This document shows positions 1-10,039 of a DNA stretch of 64,000 nucleotides, one piece after another. The stretch's first letter is position 1. Each line of letters starts with the position of its first letter. Source of the stretch: Candidatus Hermodarchaeota archaeon. GTDB lineage: Archaea > Asgardarchaeota > Hermodarchaeia > Hermodarchaeales > Hermodarchaeaceae. Where the stretch lies: contig JAEOTO010000015.1 in the NCBI GenBank assembly GCA_016839805.1, positions 21,778 to 85,777 on the forward strand. Reading direction: 5' to 3'. The notes under the pieces were generated by a model. It was not told the origin of the DNA. It saw only the letters and a program-made list of their open reading frames with translations, and did no database searches. The position numbers and the translations under genes are program-made.

Positions 1-2
1 TG

Positions 3-665
3 CTCTTTGGTCGCCACGATGGAATAAACGAACATGGTTTAGTAGTTTCAATGTCTGGAGGAGGAATTTTTCGAGTGTCATTCAAAAATCGAGGACCCAT
101 GTTCTGGCTCACCATCCGCGCTTTACTCGACCAAGGTACATCGGTCAAAACAGCCTTAGACCTCCTTGAAACGCTTCCCATGACCGGATACCTCACCTTC
201 ATGTTGGTGGATAAGACAGATTGTGCAGCTCTGGTTGAAGTAGCCGATGGATCGATGAGTGTAAAGAACATCAATCGCGATAGCCCAGAATCCTATGACT
301 TCTCACTCAACCATTTCCGTCACCCGGACATGGTCAAGTACAATGAACTCAATGTTGGAATCATCCACCACTCCAAAATCCGAGAAGCTATAATCAACAA
401 AAGCATTGAACAGCATTCTCCGAAAATGACGAAACAGAACGTCCAAGACCTGTTTGCAACCCTCCACCCTGATGGTTTGTGCAACCACTTCTATAATGAT
501 GGGTTTGGCACATTATGGTCAATGATTTTCAATGTCACAGAGATTTCGGTCGATATCTGCTGTGGTGCCCCCACACATAATGCGTATCACACGTATCGAT
601 TAGATGATCCAATCGGAGTTACTCCTATTCCAACCATAATACCTATCACCAAGGCCAAGCTATAA
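3..665 (+). CDS. Peptidase C45 / acyl-CoA:6-aminopenicillanic-acid acyltransferase-like Ntn hydrolase, 5' partial
   Basis: Frame 3 is open to the window edge (LFGRHDGINEHGLVVSMSGGG...), so the gene starts upstream. The blocks GINEHGL, TALDLLETLP, FMLVD..ALVEV and GTLWSMIF resemble the C-terminal half of C45-family hydrolases. Confidence 0.55.
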   Translation, partial: LFGRHDGINEHGLVVSMSGGGIFRVSFKNRGPMFWLTIRALLDQGTSVKTALDLLETLPMTGYLTFMLVDKTDCAALVEVADGSMSVKNINRDSPESYDFSLNHFRHPDMVKYNELNVGIIHHSKIREAIINKSIEQHSPKMTKQNVQDLFATLHPDGLCNHFYNDGFGTLWSMIFNVTEISVDICCGAPTHNAYHTYRLDDPIGVTPIPTIIPITKAKL

Positions 666-692
666 CCCGTGAGAAATGGAAAGCCGGTGTAG

Positions 693-1190
693 GTGACGAT
701 TGTGCCGTATAAACGGAAGACCTGGCAAGAAAAGCTCGAAGATTCCAAAAGCATGCCAAAAATCGTTCCCCTTCAAGCCAATTTTCCTTGTCAGCGAGCA
801 CTCGAAAAAATGGGCGCAACAATCGGAGATAGTGTCGTCCTTGCACCCCCCTCTGATGTCTTAGCAATCATGAGCACCATACCCAAAGGTAAACTCATAA
901 CCTTAACACAGATTTGTGAACGCCTTGCTCTTAAGCATGGAGCTCAATATTGTTGCACCCTCACCACGGGCATCTTTATCACCATCGTTGCAAATGCCGC
1001 TGAAGAAACCGGTAGTGACGTACCCTTTTGGCGTACGATTAAAAACAATGGAGAACTTAACTCCAAATATCCCGGTGGTGCAGAACATCAAAAAGCACTA
1101 CTCGAAGATGAAGGTTACACCATAATCCAAAAAGGCAAAAAACATATCCGATATCTTGTCAAAGACTTCGAAAAGTATCTTCTCAAATAA
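693..1190 (+). CDS. MGMT-family DNA-binding protein, alkyltransferase-like (Atl/COG3695-like, no active-site Cys)
   Basis: GTG start. GKLITLTQICERL, PFWRTIKNNGEL and LLEDEGYTI match the MGMT C-terminal DNA-binding domain. The PCHR active site reads PFWR, as in Atl-type proteins (PWHR/PWWR). Confidence 0.55.
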   Translation: MTIVPYKRKTWQEKLEDSKSMPKIVPLQANFPCQRALEKMGATIGDSVVLAPPSDVLAIMSTIPKGKLITLTQICERLALKHGAQYCCTLTTGIFITIVANAAEETGSDVPFWRTIKNNGELNSKYPGGAEHQKALLEDEGYTIIQKGKKHIRYLVKDFEKYLLK

Positions 1191-1211
1191 TCTGAATCGT
1201 GTAGATATCCT

Positions 1212-2555
1212 CTACAGGACCTCCAAAATTTTCTCTAAAACCTGAAGCCCTTTAGATTCAGCTTCTCGAGCCGCTTCTAGTGCCTCAACAGCTTCTCTAC
1301 TCTGATCATTAACTTTGATGGGATCCATTGTGAGATCTGGAGAAAACGGAAAGAGTTTGTTGACTTTAACGAGATTTCGAGACACAGCATCATAATAGCC
1401 GATTGCTTTCTCTAGAATCGGATTGAGTCTTTCATCTAACCGATCTTGGGCTTCCTTCAAAAACTCGACAGCCATAATGCGACATTCAGCCCATACAGCA
1501 GCATTATATGCTACACCAAAAGCTATGGCCGTTCCAGACTCCACCGCATTAATCCAGGTGTCATATCCCTTCAACCCTGATTTGTATTGAGGATACTGAA
1601 TCCAGTCCTTCGGGTTTTGGGCATGTTTCAGCACATTCTGAAATGCTTGTTTCACCGTAGTGATGTCATCAGCGGATTTTATCTTCCTCACGCTATTTAT
1701 TTCCAACAAAGTGACGTCAGTGGTCCCAACCTCCTGCCACGGCTTCGGACCCCCTCCATCTTCCACACGGTACCCCTTATAGTAGTATCCGACATCATCG
1801 TATCCGTAGATGATGTAGAAATCAGCAATATCACCAATCTGCCACCCAAAGCAGGGTTGTTCCGCATCAATGGCTTTTTGAACAAATTTCCAAGCCTGTT
1901 TCTGTTTCTCCTTGAAATCAGGGTCGCTTTTCCATGCTATCAGGCCATCGATTTTCGCTCCAAGATTACGAGCCAATTCATGGATCATTATCGTCTTCCA
2001 TGCTGTCGGTCCACTTGGGCAAAGATCTTTGGCAATATTCAGAATAAAACCATGCCCCGTTGCCCCATATAACCAGGGTTTTGAGACACTCAATCCCAAA
2101 TACTCCAAACACCCATCCAAACAACCTAAATGTGAAACATAATGTGGCTTAAACTGCAAATTATTCAATCTCTTCATTTGACGACTTCCCGTCCGTAATC
2201 CAGCATAGCGATCCATTATGCGTCGACGACCATTGGTAATCCGAATCTGCGAGTCTACATACGATTCAACAATCGCCTGAAGCAGTTCCCGACCATCCAT
2301 TGAAATTTGATAGGAACCCCGTTCCTTTCGCACTACTAATCCTCGTCCGATAAGTTGTGTGAGGTGATTAGCGAGTGCCGTTCGACTGATCTGTGTCGCC
2401 CGAAGTATATCCATAAAGGACTTTGTATTATCTGCGAGGAGTGTGAGAATCTCCAGCCGTTTGGAATGTGCTACTGCTCGCAGGGTTCGGGCGATATCAC
2501 TTTTCGCTTCATCGACTGTTGCTCTCAGATCCTCCAATTTGATCGGCTCATCCAT
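1212..2555 (-). CDS. ArsR-type winged-helix regulator fused to a BtrH_N/DUF4872-like (papain-like) domain
   Basis: The N-terminus (HSKRLEILTLLADNTKSFMDILRATQISRTALANHLTQLIGRGLVV) is a typical ArsR HTH. From residue ~135, HLGCLDGCLEYLGLSVSKPWLYGATGHGF parallels GLHCETSAVQKVYRHHGLPITEEMLFGLGGGIGF of the BtrH-like protein at 11896..13059. Confidence 0.6.
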   Translation of the reverse strand: MDEPIKLEDLRATVDEAKSDIARTLRAVAHSKRLEILTLLADNTKSFMDILRATQISRTALANHLTQLIGRGLVVRKERGSYQISMDGRELLQAIVESYVDSQIRITNGRRRIMDRYAGLRTGSRQMKRLNNLQFKPHYVSHLGCLDGCLEYLGLSVSKPWLYGATGHGFILNIAKDLCPSGPTAWKTIMIHELARNLGAKIDGLIAWKSDPDFKEKQKQAWKFVQKAIDAEQPCFGWQIGDIADFYIIYGYDDVGYYYKGYRVEDGGGPKPWQEVGTTDVTLLEINSVRKIKSADDITTVKQAFQNVLKHAQNPKDWIQYPQYKSGLKGYDTWINAVESGTAIAFGVAYNAAVWAECRIMAVEFLKEAQDRLDERLNPILEKAIGYYDAVSRNLVKVNKLFPFSPDLTMDPIKVNDQSREAVEALEAAREAESKGLQVLEKILEVL

Positions 2556-2640
2556 CGGAATCGCCTGCTGAAAACAGATGACCAGTTTCTGGAATATAAA
2601 TGTATTTGTGAATAATAAACCTAAATTTTGTGAATAATGT

Positions 2641-3375
2641 TTAGGTGGTTTTTTGCCTCCGTTTCACTTCACGGTTAATTCGGAGTTCTCGTACAAAACG
2701 GTAGAGTTCACCTGTCTTCATACGATAAATGGCTAGATAGAAGATGACAAACATAACGATCAGGATTAACGGAGCCCAGATGCCACGTGGATTCAAGAAC
2801 CATGCAATCGGCAGTAAGATGAATAGAAATCCAAAGACCCATAGGATGGGAAAACCAAAAACCCATTTACGACAACTTTGTGTAGTTTTCAAATAACTGG
2901 TGTATTCAATCTTTAATCCGAGTTCTCCAGGAGAGTAACGGTAGAATCCTTCGAATTTAACACGGGCGATAATGCCACCGAGGTATCGACCCCATGGATA
3001 TACGCCATAGGAAACGAAGACGCTTCCTATTGCTAAAAGAACGTTCATAATGACAAGGAAAAGAACTGGGTTATACCCAATTACTACGATTAGCCAGCGT
3101 TCAAGATATAGGAGGATGGTGATGTTTCCCCAGAAGAAGACTGAGGCAATGAGGAAAAAGAGCAAGAGACCTTTTCTGACACCAAAAACAACTTTCTGTT
3201 TGAAAAGTCGATTTCGAACCTCTGCAGCTTTAATAATTGCTGACTCATCTAAATCCTTGGGATCTTGTCGTTTCATTTGACCTATAATGCGCCAGAAGGC
3301 TCTTCGAACAACTTTGGTGTCCCCCTCTTGGTCTAATCGTTTTTCAATTTGGTTTAATTCAGCTAAAAACGGCAC
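2641..3375 (-). CDS. Hypothetical multi-pass membrane protein
   Basis: 244-aa ORF with a soluble charged N-terminus, then several long hydrophobic helices and a basic C-terminal tail. No family recognised. Confidence 0.5.
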   Translation of the reverse strand: MPFLAELNQIEKRLDQEGDTKVVRRAFWRIIGQMKRQDPKDLDESAIIKAAEVRNRLFKQKVVFGVRKGLLLFFLIASVFFWGNITILLYLERWLIVVIGYNPVLFLVIMNVLLAIGSVFVSYGVYPWGRYLGGIIARVKFEGFYRYSPGELGLKIEYTSYLKTTQSCRKWVFGFPILWVFGFLFILLPIAWFLNPRGIWAPLILIVMFVIFYLAIYRMKTGELYRFVRELRINREVKRRQKTT

Positions 3376-3555
3376 GAGAACATCCTCATGACTTGTGGGA
3401 TTCTTCTTGTATAAAACAAAGAATGGTTGTTTAGCGTGTAAAAAAAGTATTAGGCAATTGCCAAGAAGGTGAACCTTGGTAATGCTTAGATGATTTCAAA
3501 ACATCTTTTAATTGGACCAAATCGCTATACTGACAAGAATATGAGAGAAAACGAT

Positions 3556-5190
3556 TTACCAACCGATGGCAATTCCATCCGCTCTGGGACTAGATCCGCC
3601 ACACAACACACCTGTGTTTGGATTCCGGGTGATGATTTGACCCCGACCGAACATCATTCTAGCACTGCCTGAAATGGGAATGACTTTGTGTCCCATTTGT
3701 TGAAGTGCCTTTAGGGTGGATTTAGGTATTTGATCTTCCAGTGCCACTTCACCATAACTTGTTCCTCCCCGAATGGTGAATCGGGGAGCATCGAGGGCTT
3801 GTTGGCTGTTCATTCCAAAATCAATCATGTTTAATACCACCTGTACATGTCCTTGGGGTTGATTGAAACCTCCCATTACACCAAAACTTGCGTAAAGTTC
3901 CTTATCCTTAGTAGCCATAGCGGGGATGATGGTGTGATATGGTCTTTTTTTAGGAGCAAGTGCATTTGGGTGCTTTGGATTAAGGGAGAAGTTGGCGCCG
4001 CGATTTTGTAACGTGAATCCGCAGTTTTTTGGTATCAATCCCGTGCCAAAGCCCATATAATTTGAATTAATAAAACTACAAGCATTTCCATCACCATCCA
4101 CAACCGAAAAGTACACCGTATCTGAGCTTCTCAATGGTGATCCTTTCTTGAAACCTAAATTCGCTTTTTTAGGATCGATTAACTTCCTTCTTTGGGTGGC
4201 ATAGTCCTTCGAAAGAAGTTCTTTAATTGGCACTGAAACAACCGCAGGATCAGCCACATACCATCGGGTATCTGCAAATGCAAGCCGCATTGCTTCAATC
4301 ATAAGATGAAGATGTTCAACAGATGAATGTTGTATTGATGTAAAATCATACTCTTCAATTATATTTAGAGCAATAAGTGCTGTTATACCTTGTCCATTCG
4401 GGGGTATTTCAAACACGTCAATCCCCCGGTAATTAACTGATATGGGTTCATCGAAGGTGTTTTTATGGTTCTTTAAATCCGTATGGCTCATCACGCCTCC
4501 TTTTGATTGAAGTAATTCAATAATTGCCTCCGCTACACGGCCCTCGTAAAACCCACTCTTTCCATGTTCAGCGAGTTCGCGAAAGGTCTTAGCCATTGTT
4601 GGGATCTTCATAATTTCTCCAGCTTTAGGGGCTCTTCCGTCCACCATCATCTCATTAGCATGAGGTCCCTGCTTCAATTGTTTAACACCTCGTTGCCAGG
4701 AAGCTGCAGTTAAAGGGGCAACTGGGAAACCTCTTTCAGCTAATTGGATTGCTGGAGCTAACACCTCTTTCAACTTCATTGTACCAAATTTTTCAACAGT
4801 ATCAACCCATCCCGCAGCAGCTCCAGGCACCGTTACTGTGTGAACGCTATAAGGAGGAAGCCTCTTGGAGTAGCCTAATTCACTTAATGTCTCTAGACTC
4901 AAATTAGCCGGAGCACGGCCACTAGCATTTATTCCTTGTATGCTCTTCCTTTTCCTATCGAAAAAGAGACAAAAGCAATCTCCCCCAATTCCTGTTGAAC
5001 ATGGCTCAGTAACATTCAATACTGCAGTCGTTGCCACCGCAGCATCTGCGGCATTTCCACCAGCTTGGAGAATGCGGATACCAGCTTCTGAGGCAAGCGG
5101 TTGACTCGAAGCAACAATACCATTCTTAGCATAGACTGGTGAGCGATACGATATGAACTCCATAAATGGATGATACTTACGAAAACTCAA
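3556..5190 (-). CDS. ggt: Gamma-glutamyltransferase (Ntn hydrolase)
   Basis: Full-length 544 aa with GGT hallmarks: GGNAADAAVA, TGIGGDCF, GNACSFINSNY, RPYHTIIPAM (catalytic Thr region), GVMGGFNQPQGH, GGSSPRADG. Confidence 0.9.
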   Translation of the reverse strand: MSFRKYHPFMEFISYRSPVYAKNGIVASSQPLASEAGIRILQAGGNAADAAVATTAVLNVTEPCSTGIGGDCFCLFFDRKRKSIQGINASGRAPANLSLETLSELGYSKRLPPYSVHTVTVPGAAAGWVDTVEKFGTMKLKEVLAPAIQLAERGFPVAPLTAASWQRGVKQLKQGPHANEMMVDGRAPKAGEIMKIPTMAKTFRELAEHGKSGFYEGRVAEAIIELLQSKGGVMSHTDLKNHKNTFDEPISVNYRGIDVFEIPPNGQGITALIALNIIEEYDFTSIQHSSVEHLHLMIEAMRLAFADTRWYVADPAVVSVPIKELLSKDYATQRRKLIDPKKANLGFKKGSPLRSSDTVYFSVVDGDGNACSFINSNYMGFGTGLIPKNCGFTLQNRGANFSLNPKHPNALAPKKRPYHTIIPAMATKDKELYASFGVMGGFNQPQGHVQVVLNMIDFGMNSQQALDAPRFTIRGGTSYGEVALEDQIPKSTLKALQQMGHKVIPISGSARMMFGRGQIITRNPNTGVLCGGSSPRADGIAIGW

Positions 5191-5236
5191 AACCGTATTG
5201 GTTCATAGGATATCTGACTTGATTCAGGAGTTATGT

Positions 5237-5279
5237 AAAAAAGAAGGGAGAGGGGGCGTTCGAGTTTCTGTTACCCCCT
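5237..5279 (-). terminator. Hairpin plus oligo-T downstream of the 751-aa surface protein gene
   Basis: On the minus strand, AGGGGG(17 nt)CCCCCT is followed by CTCCCTTCTTTTTT, 37 nt after the stop of 5316..7571 and upstream of ggt. Confidence 0.35.
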
Positions 5280-5315
5280 AGGTTCTATTTGGAGTTGTGA
5301 CGGTTGTTACTAGAT

Positions 5316-7571
5316 TCACCTACGTCGTTTAGCGACAAAGTAGCCAATGAGTAATCCAATCACCATCATGATAACGCCAACGGCGATGATGATTCCAATA
5401 GTAGTCATCGACATCGGTGGTTCTCCAAGGGAGAAATCGACCGTACTTGATGCCATAACCACAAAGGTGACTCTACCCGTGTACCGTGCAGTGTAACTGG
5501 CAGTGTAGGTCATACTGAATGGAAATGATGCACTAGCTGCAATGATGTATTGGAAGAGTGTGCCCACAATGAATGGGGTATTCCCATAGATATCGATGAA
5601 GTAGCCGTAGGCGATATCGCCATCGTAATGTAGTACTAAGTTTAGAATGTAGGTGTTACCGGCGACAACATTGAATGTATATGTAGCGTAGTCAAGATCG
5701 AATAGGGTCACTGTACTGACTGTTCCTAGCGTGTAGGGCATTGGTGGTGTAATGTCAAGACTGACTTGGCACTCTGTAGTATCGCCACCAATCATCCCCG
5801 GTCCTCGCACCCAAAGATAGTTGATTCTATCTCGAACTGCGACATAGGTTAAAGTTGCAGAATCATTGGTGTTTTGAGCCCAAGAACCCCCTGAGGGTGG
5901 GTCCGATTTACCAAGTGCGGGGCCAAACATGCTCATCCATTCCCAGTCAAGGTATGGGCTGGGTTGCATCATGTCTTCTATACGAATGGCTCCAGTCGAT
6001 GTATAATTGGTTGGGATTGCACTAGCTGAATAAATGTTTCCGCTCGCTTCGGGGATAGCAAAGATGTGGTAAAATGGTCCAATAGTACTGTTGAAATCGA
6101 AGCTAAGTCCACCAGGCGTTAATTCAGGGAATGGTGTAATTTCGAAATTAGCTGTAATATTAAATGTTGTACTGTGAATTCCACTAGTTGGGGCGGCTTC
6201 TACATGGAAGTAGAATGTGTTAAACCAGCTATTTACGCCAAATGGACCTGGCGGAATAGCTGCGACATTAGTTCCATTAATATACACTGTATAGGTGGCT
6301 TGCGCCTCCCACTGTTCAAAATACATGTTCCCATCTAAAGCAGGCGTTGGGTAACCCATACCCATGGCGGTTGCCCAACCACGTTCAAGGGTCTCACTTT
6401 CATTGTAAATCGAAGAGGGATCCTTGTATTCTTCAAAATAGGGACCAGAATATGAACCCGTCCAGGCATCTTCTCCCCAAACTGTCCAGTTAGAACCAGA
6501 TGGGTTGGAGAAATAGGCGTTGAAGTAGTGGCCTTCTGGAATGGTGACAGCTACGTAGGTATCAAGAACATTGGGCGTCGTATTGAATTGAAGCTCGAGG
6601 GGTTGGTTTGGTAAGAGGATTTGGGTTGGAATAGCAGAGATGCTCAAAGTGAAGTTTGCCATAGAAGAATTGAGAAAGGTGAAATCATTACTCTTTCCAA
6701 GTAGGTAGTAGTCTCCACCTTTCATTAAATTCCGATTAATCATTGGACCAATGGTGCTGCTATTCGCATCTGGTCCTGCTGGAACACTATGACCAGGGCT
6801 CCACATGTTATAGGATAGATATTGACCATGTTCGAGATCAATCAAAAATACTCCTACTGGGCTGATAAAGCCGCCAGGATATCCTGCCGTTGTGTCCCAA
6901 TCCAATCGAGTGTAAGCACTGATATTGTATAAATTATCAGATGGTAGGTTGATCCGAAGGCCTTGCCAAGTTTGATCTGTAGTCCACTCTAGTGTGGAGT
7001 TTTGACCTAATGGCATAGCATCAGGTAGCGAAGAGAAAGCAAATAACTGGTCAACTGTAAGGTTTGCACTAACTTGGTCAATTGCACTTGGACCAGAAAT
7101 CCCAAAGTCAACTCGAATGAAACCAGTACGGACAGCAATAACGTCCGTATCATAATAGTCAGCTGAATCATTCAACATGCCAAACCAAGTACTACTGTCA
7201 AAGAACTGTTGTGTTTGAAGGTAGGTACCCATTCCAGGCATCCACTGGCTAACACTTTGATAGAATTCTACGAAGGGAAAAACACCTCCAATGGGTGCTA
7301 TGTCAACGTAGAAGGATATGTTGAGTCGATAAATTCCTGGTTCAATAATGACTACTTCAAGACTTTCCATGGGATGACTCTCATTCACCATGAACGAGGT
7401 TACATCATTCACAGGAGCCGGTAATGCGTAAACAGAAGCCTGATTAGATAATCCCTCGTTACCGGGCATATTGGGTAAAAGGGAATTCACTAATCCAAAC
7501 TGAAATACTAGTAAACTGATCACTAATAGACTAACTTTCCAAATTTTTCGATTCATTTTCTCAGATCTCAC
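5316..7571 (-). CDS. Secreted, C-terminally membrane-anchored surface protein (unknown family)
   Basis: N-terminal signal-like helix (KIWKVSLLVISLLVFQFGLVNS). C-terminal TM plus basic stop-transfer (IIIAVGVIMMVIGLLIGYFVAKRRR). Many N-x-S/T sequons. No catalytic motifs recognised. Confidence 0.6.
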   Translation of the reverse strand: MRSEKMNRKIWKVSLLVISLLVFQFGLVNSLLPNMPGNEGLSNQASVYALPAPVNDVTSFMVNESHPMESLEVVIIEPGIYRLNISFYVDIAPIGGVFPFVEFYQSVSQWMPGMGTYLQTQQFFDSSTWFGMLNDSADYYDTDVIAVRTGFIRVDFGISGPSAIDQVSANLTVDQLFAFSSLPDAMPLGQNSTLEWTTDQTWQGLRINLPSDNLYNISAYTRLDWDTTAGYPGGFISPVGVFLIDLEHGQYLSYNMWSPGHSVPAGPDANSSTIGPMINRNLMKGGDYYLLGKSNDFTFLNSSMANFTLSISAIPTQILLPNQPLELQFNTTPNVLDTYVAVTIPEGHYFNAYFSNPSGSNWTVWGEDAWTGSYSGPYFEEYKDPSSIYNESETLERGWATAMGMGYPTPALDGNMYFEQWEAQATYTVYINGTNVAAIPPGPFGVNSWFNTFYFHVEAAPTSGIHSTTFNITANFEITPFPELTPGGLSFDFNSTIGPFYHIFAIPEASGNIYSASAIPTNYTSTGAIRIEDMMQPSPYLDWEWMSMFGPALGKSDPPSGGSWAQNTNDSATLTYVAVRDRINYLWVRGPGMIGGDTTECQVSLDITPPMPYTLGTVSTVTLFDLDYATYTFNVVAGNTYILNLVLHYDGDIAYGYFIDIYGNTPFIVGTLFQYIIAASASFPFSMTYTASYTARYTGRVTFVVMASSTVDFSLGEPPMSMTTIGIIIAVGVIMMVIGLLIGYFVAKRRR

Positions 7572-7785
7572 TAAATTTTCATTTTTTTCTGAGTTGTAAT
7601 ACAGACGATTCCCGCTGGAATATCAGAATCGTGCAGTACGTACGGCTTAATACAGAAACCGGTATAAAAAATTGTATCGGTTACCCTGTTCTAAGGATTA
7701 ATCAATTAAACTTCTTTGAAACTTGTAGTTTCATTGATCCGGATCGAGACTAGCGTATGATGGGATAAGTCAAAGTAAATGGGTG

Positions 7786-8634
7786 TTATACAATTTTGTT
7801 CCCGCATTTGGGACAGAATTTACCTTGGTACATGAATAGGGGATACTCTGAATCACATTTAGAACAACGTGCAATGAGTTTTTTGCCACAGTTTGTACAA
7901 GCTTCGCTAAGGGTGACCATGGCTTTACAATGTGGACACTGCACCTGTGGCATCGATGGCATTCCTCCAGGTATCATAGTGGGAGAAGATATCGGAGTAG
8001 GCGGTGCCAGCGCTGCTGCTGATCCGGTTTTCATGGGAGCCGAACAATGGGGACAATGGGTATCACCGGCAGGAACGTGTGTTCCACAGAAAGGACACTT
8101 GTTCTTAGATTTAGCGGTTTCAATTTGAGCTTCCACGATGGCGAACATCTGCGGTTTCTTACTTTCGAACTCGATATCTTCGCCACTACTCAAAGTTATG
8201 ACTAGTTTGTTCTTTGGACTGTCGATGTTATCAATTGCCATGAGAGGAATCGCCAGGGATTCTGCTACTCCACCTTGGCCACGAGCTACCATTTGGTTAC
8301 TAGACAAGGTGTCAAATACAATGGCACTAGCAGCGACATGGGAAGCATGACGAACGCCCCGACCGACAGCTCTGCCAAAAACACCACCATGGCGACCCAC
8401 GGCGTCAGCCGCCACTGATCCTGCTACACCCACTGCGAAAGCCTTGGCTAAACCACCGAACAATCCACCACCTTTTGGTTTCTCTACTTTATACCAGACA
8501 ATACGTACATCCGAAACCACAAGGCGTCCAGTGTTCCCTTCAAATTTCACGTCATCAATTTTTGTGGCTACCTTTTCATACCCCAGTGGAACTAGTTGAC
8601 CGTTCTGGACCGACACATTCAGAAATTCAGTCAT
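7786..8634 (-). CDS. PH/GRAM-like domain protein with Gly/Ala-rich insertion and three C-terminal zinc ribbons
   Basis: GNTGRLVVSDVRIVWYK is a GRAM/GLUE/PH-like strand motif, followed by a G/A-rich low-complexity insert. CPFCG..CPHC, CPHCK..CTNCG and CSKCD..CPKCG are three CxxC pairs. Confidence 0.55.
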   Translation of the reverse strand: MTEFLNVSVQNGQLVPLGYEKVATKIDDVKFEGNTGRLVVSDVRIVWYKVEKPKGGGLFGGLAKAFAVGVAGSVAADAVGRHGGVFGRAVGRGVRHASHVAASAIVFDTLSSNQMVARGQGGVAESLAIPLMAIDNIDSPKNKLVITLSSGEDIEFESKKPQMFAIVEAQIETAKSKNKCPFCGTHVPAGDTHCPHCSAPMKTGSAAALAPPTPISSPTMIPGGMPSMPQVQCPHCKAMVTLSEACTNCGKKLIARCSKCDSEYPLFMYQGKFCPKCGNKIV

Positions 8635-8716
8635 AACTAAAAGTCACCGTTTTTGACACCTAAAACCTTTCTACACGAAGTGATTTCATCATCTGGGATT
8701 TAGGAGAACTAAGTAT

Positions 8717-10039
8717 TTATTTTTCCGGGTTGGGATGAAGATTTTCTCCATTCTTTGCTTCAGTAGATTTGGCTTTTCTGTTTTCGTTATTTTCGTCAAG
8801 TTGTTCTTCAATATGAGGGAGTGATGTTAATACCCAGGATAGGACTAACACAATAATTAGCGTTGACCCAAAGAGAAGAAAAATCAACGGAATCGCAAAG
8901 AACTCACCTAAGATTCCTCCCACAAGAAAAGCAAATGGAGCAGTAAACTGGGCGATTGTTGTTCGAACCGAAAAGACGCGACCGATTTTTTCGGGTGGAA
9001 CTACTTTTTGCCAAATCGTCTGACTTGAAATATTGGCTAACGGAATGGTGAGTCCGATCAATGTGACTCCCAAGGCTGCAATCCAAAAGCTGCCTGGGGG
9101 AGTTAATCCAAGAACAACCATTGAAAGAGCACCAAAGAATATGCCAACAAAGACTCCGATGATGTTACGTTTGAATCCTCCCCATGCGGACATAAAGCCA
9201 GAAGCGATCATCATACTTAGACTTTGTAAAGACATCAGACCGGCTAAGAGTAATACGGCTAAAGTGACATCGCCCAAGGCTAGATGGAAGGTGCTATACA
9301 GGGGAAGTAGGATGAAAATTGGTGGGAGTAAGAAATTGGTGATAGCAAAAACTGTGAGTAGCGTAATTAATCCAGGACGTTGTTTCATGAAGGTTAACCC
9401 TTCACCGAATTCTTGCCTGAAAGAGGATTTCTCTCCAGGTGGTTTGATTCGAACCGCTGGGATGAACACCAGAAGTGTCGGAACGATAGCGATCAGATAT
9501 GTGCTAATATCAATTAACAGAATTTGTGCCATATTTCCGAGAAGCAAGGAGAAAACCAAAGCTCCTATTGTCGGGCCAATTGTTTGAATGAGGCTAGTGG
9601 CGAAATATTGCATACTATTCATTCGGCTCAGCTGTTTATCAGGTACCATTATGGGAATGATGGCTTGGACAGCCATCTGATGAAAAGCCCCGAGCATTCC
9701 ACTGAGCAGTTGGATAATTAAAACATGGATGATGTTTGCAATTCCCAACGCGAACAGGATAACTAGAATGAAGCTTAACAGTGCTAGTAAGCTATCGGCA
9801 ATAGCTATAATTTTTTTCCGGGACCAACGGTCTACCAACACACCCGCAATGGGTGTTATCAAAATGAAGCTTCCAAAGGCAAAAAACGCTGATAATCCAA
9901 GAAGAAATGCACTTCCGGTTTGGACAGTTATCCACCAGGTTAAACTGAAATTGACGATATTGGTTCCTGCTAGTGACACAAGTTGACCGAACCAGAAAAA
10001 CAGGTATCCACGAAGATTGTATTCTCTTTGTTCATTCAT
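8717..10039 (-). CDS. MFS transporter (EntS/macrolide-efflux-like subfamily)
   Basis: 440 aa with about 12 TM helices. The loop motif GVLVDRWSRKK after TM2 is typical of the MFS_3/EntS-like group. Confidence 0.85.
   Translation of the reverse strand: MNEQREYNLRGYLFFWFGQLVSLAGTNIVNFSLTWWITVQTGSAFLLGLSAFFAFGSFILITPIAGVLVDRWSRKKIIAIADSLLALLSFILVILFALGIANIIHVLIIQLLSGMLGAFHQMAVQAIIPIMVPDKQLSRMNSMQYFATSLIQTIGPTIGALVFSLLLGNMAQILLIDISTYLIAIVPTLLVFIPAVRIKPPGEKSSFRQEFGEGLTFMKQRPGLITLLTVFAITNFLLPPIFILLPLYSTFHLALGDVTLAVLLLAGLMSLQSLSMMIASGFMSAWGGFKRNIIGVFVGIFFGALSMVVLGLTPPGSFWIAALGVTLIGLTIPLANISSQTIWQKVVPPEKIGRVFSVRTTIAQFTAPFAFLVGGILGEFFAIPLIFLLFGSTLIIVLVLSWVLTSLPHIEEQLDENNENRKAKSTEAKNGENLHPNPEK

Noticed and set aside
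9033-9587. 184-aa plus-strand ORF inside the MFS transporter gene. Similar long antisense or alternative-frame ORFs occur at 1587..2072, 12460..12819, 32828..33316, 48850..49332 and 52754..53224.
   Set aside because: Each lies entirely within a gene that has strong family motifs on the other strand or frame. Their translations are low-complexity or Arg/Ser/Pro-rich, as expected for shadow ORFs. No motifs were recognised.
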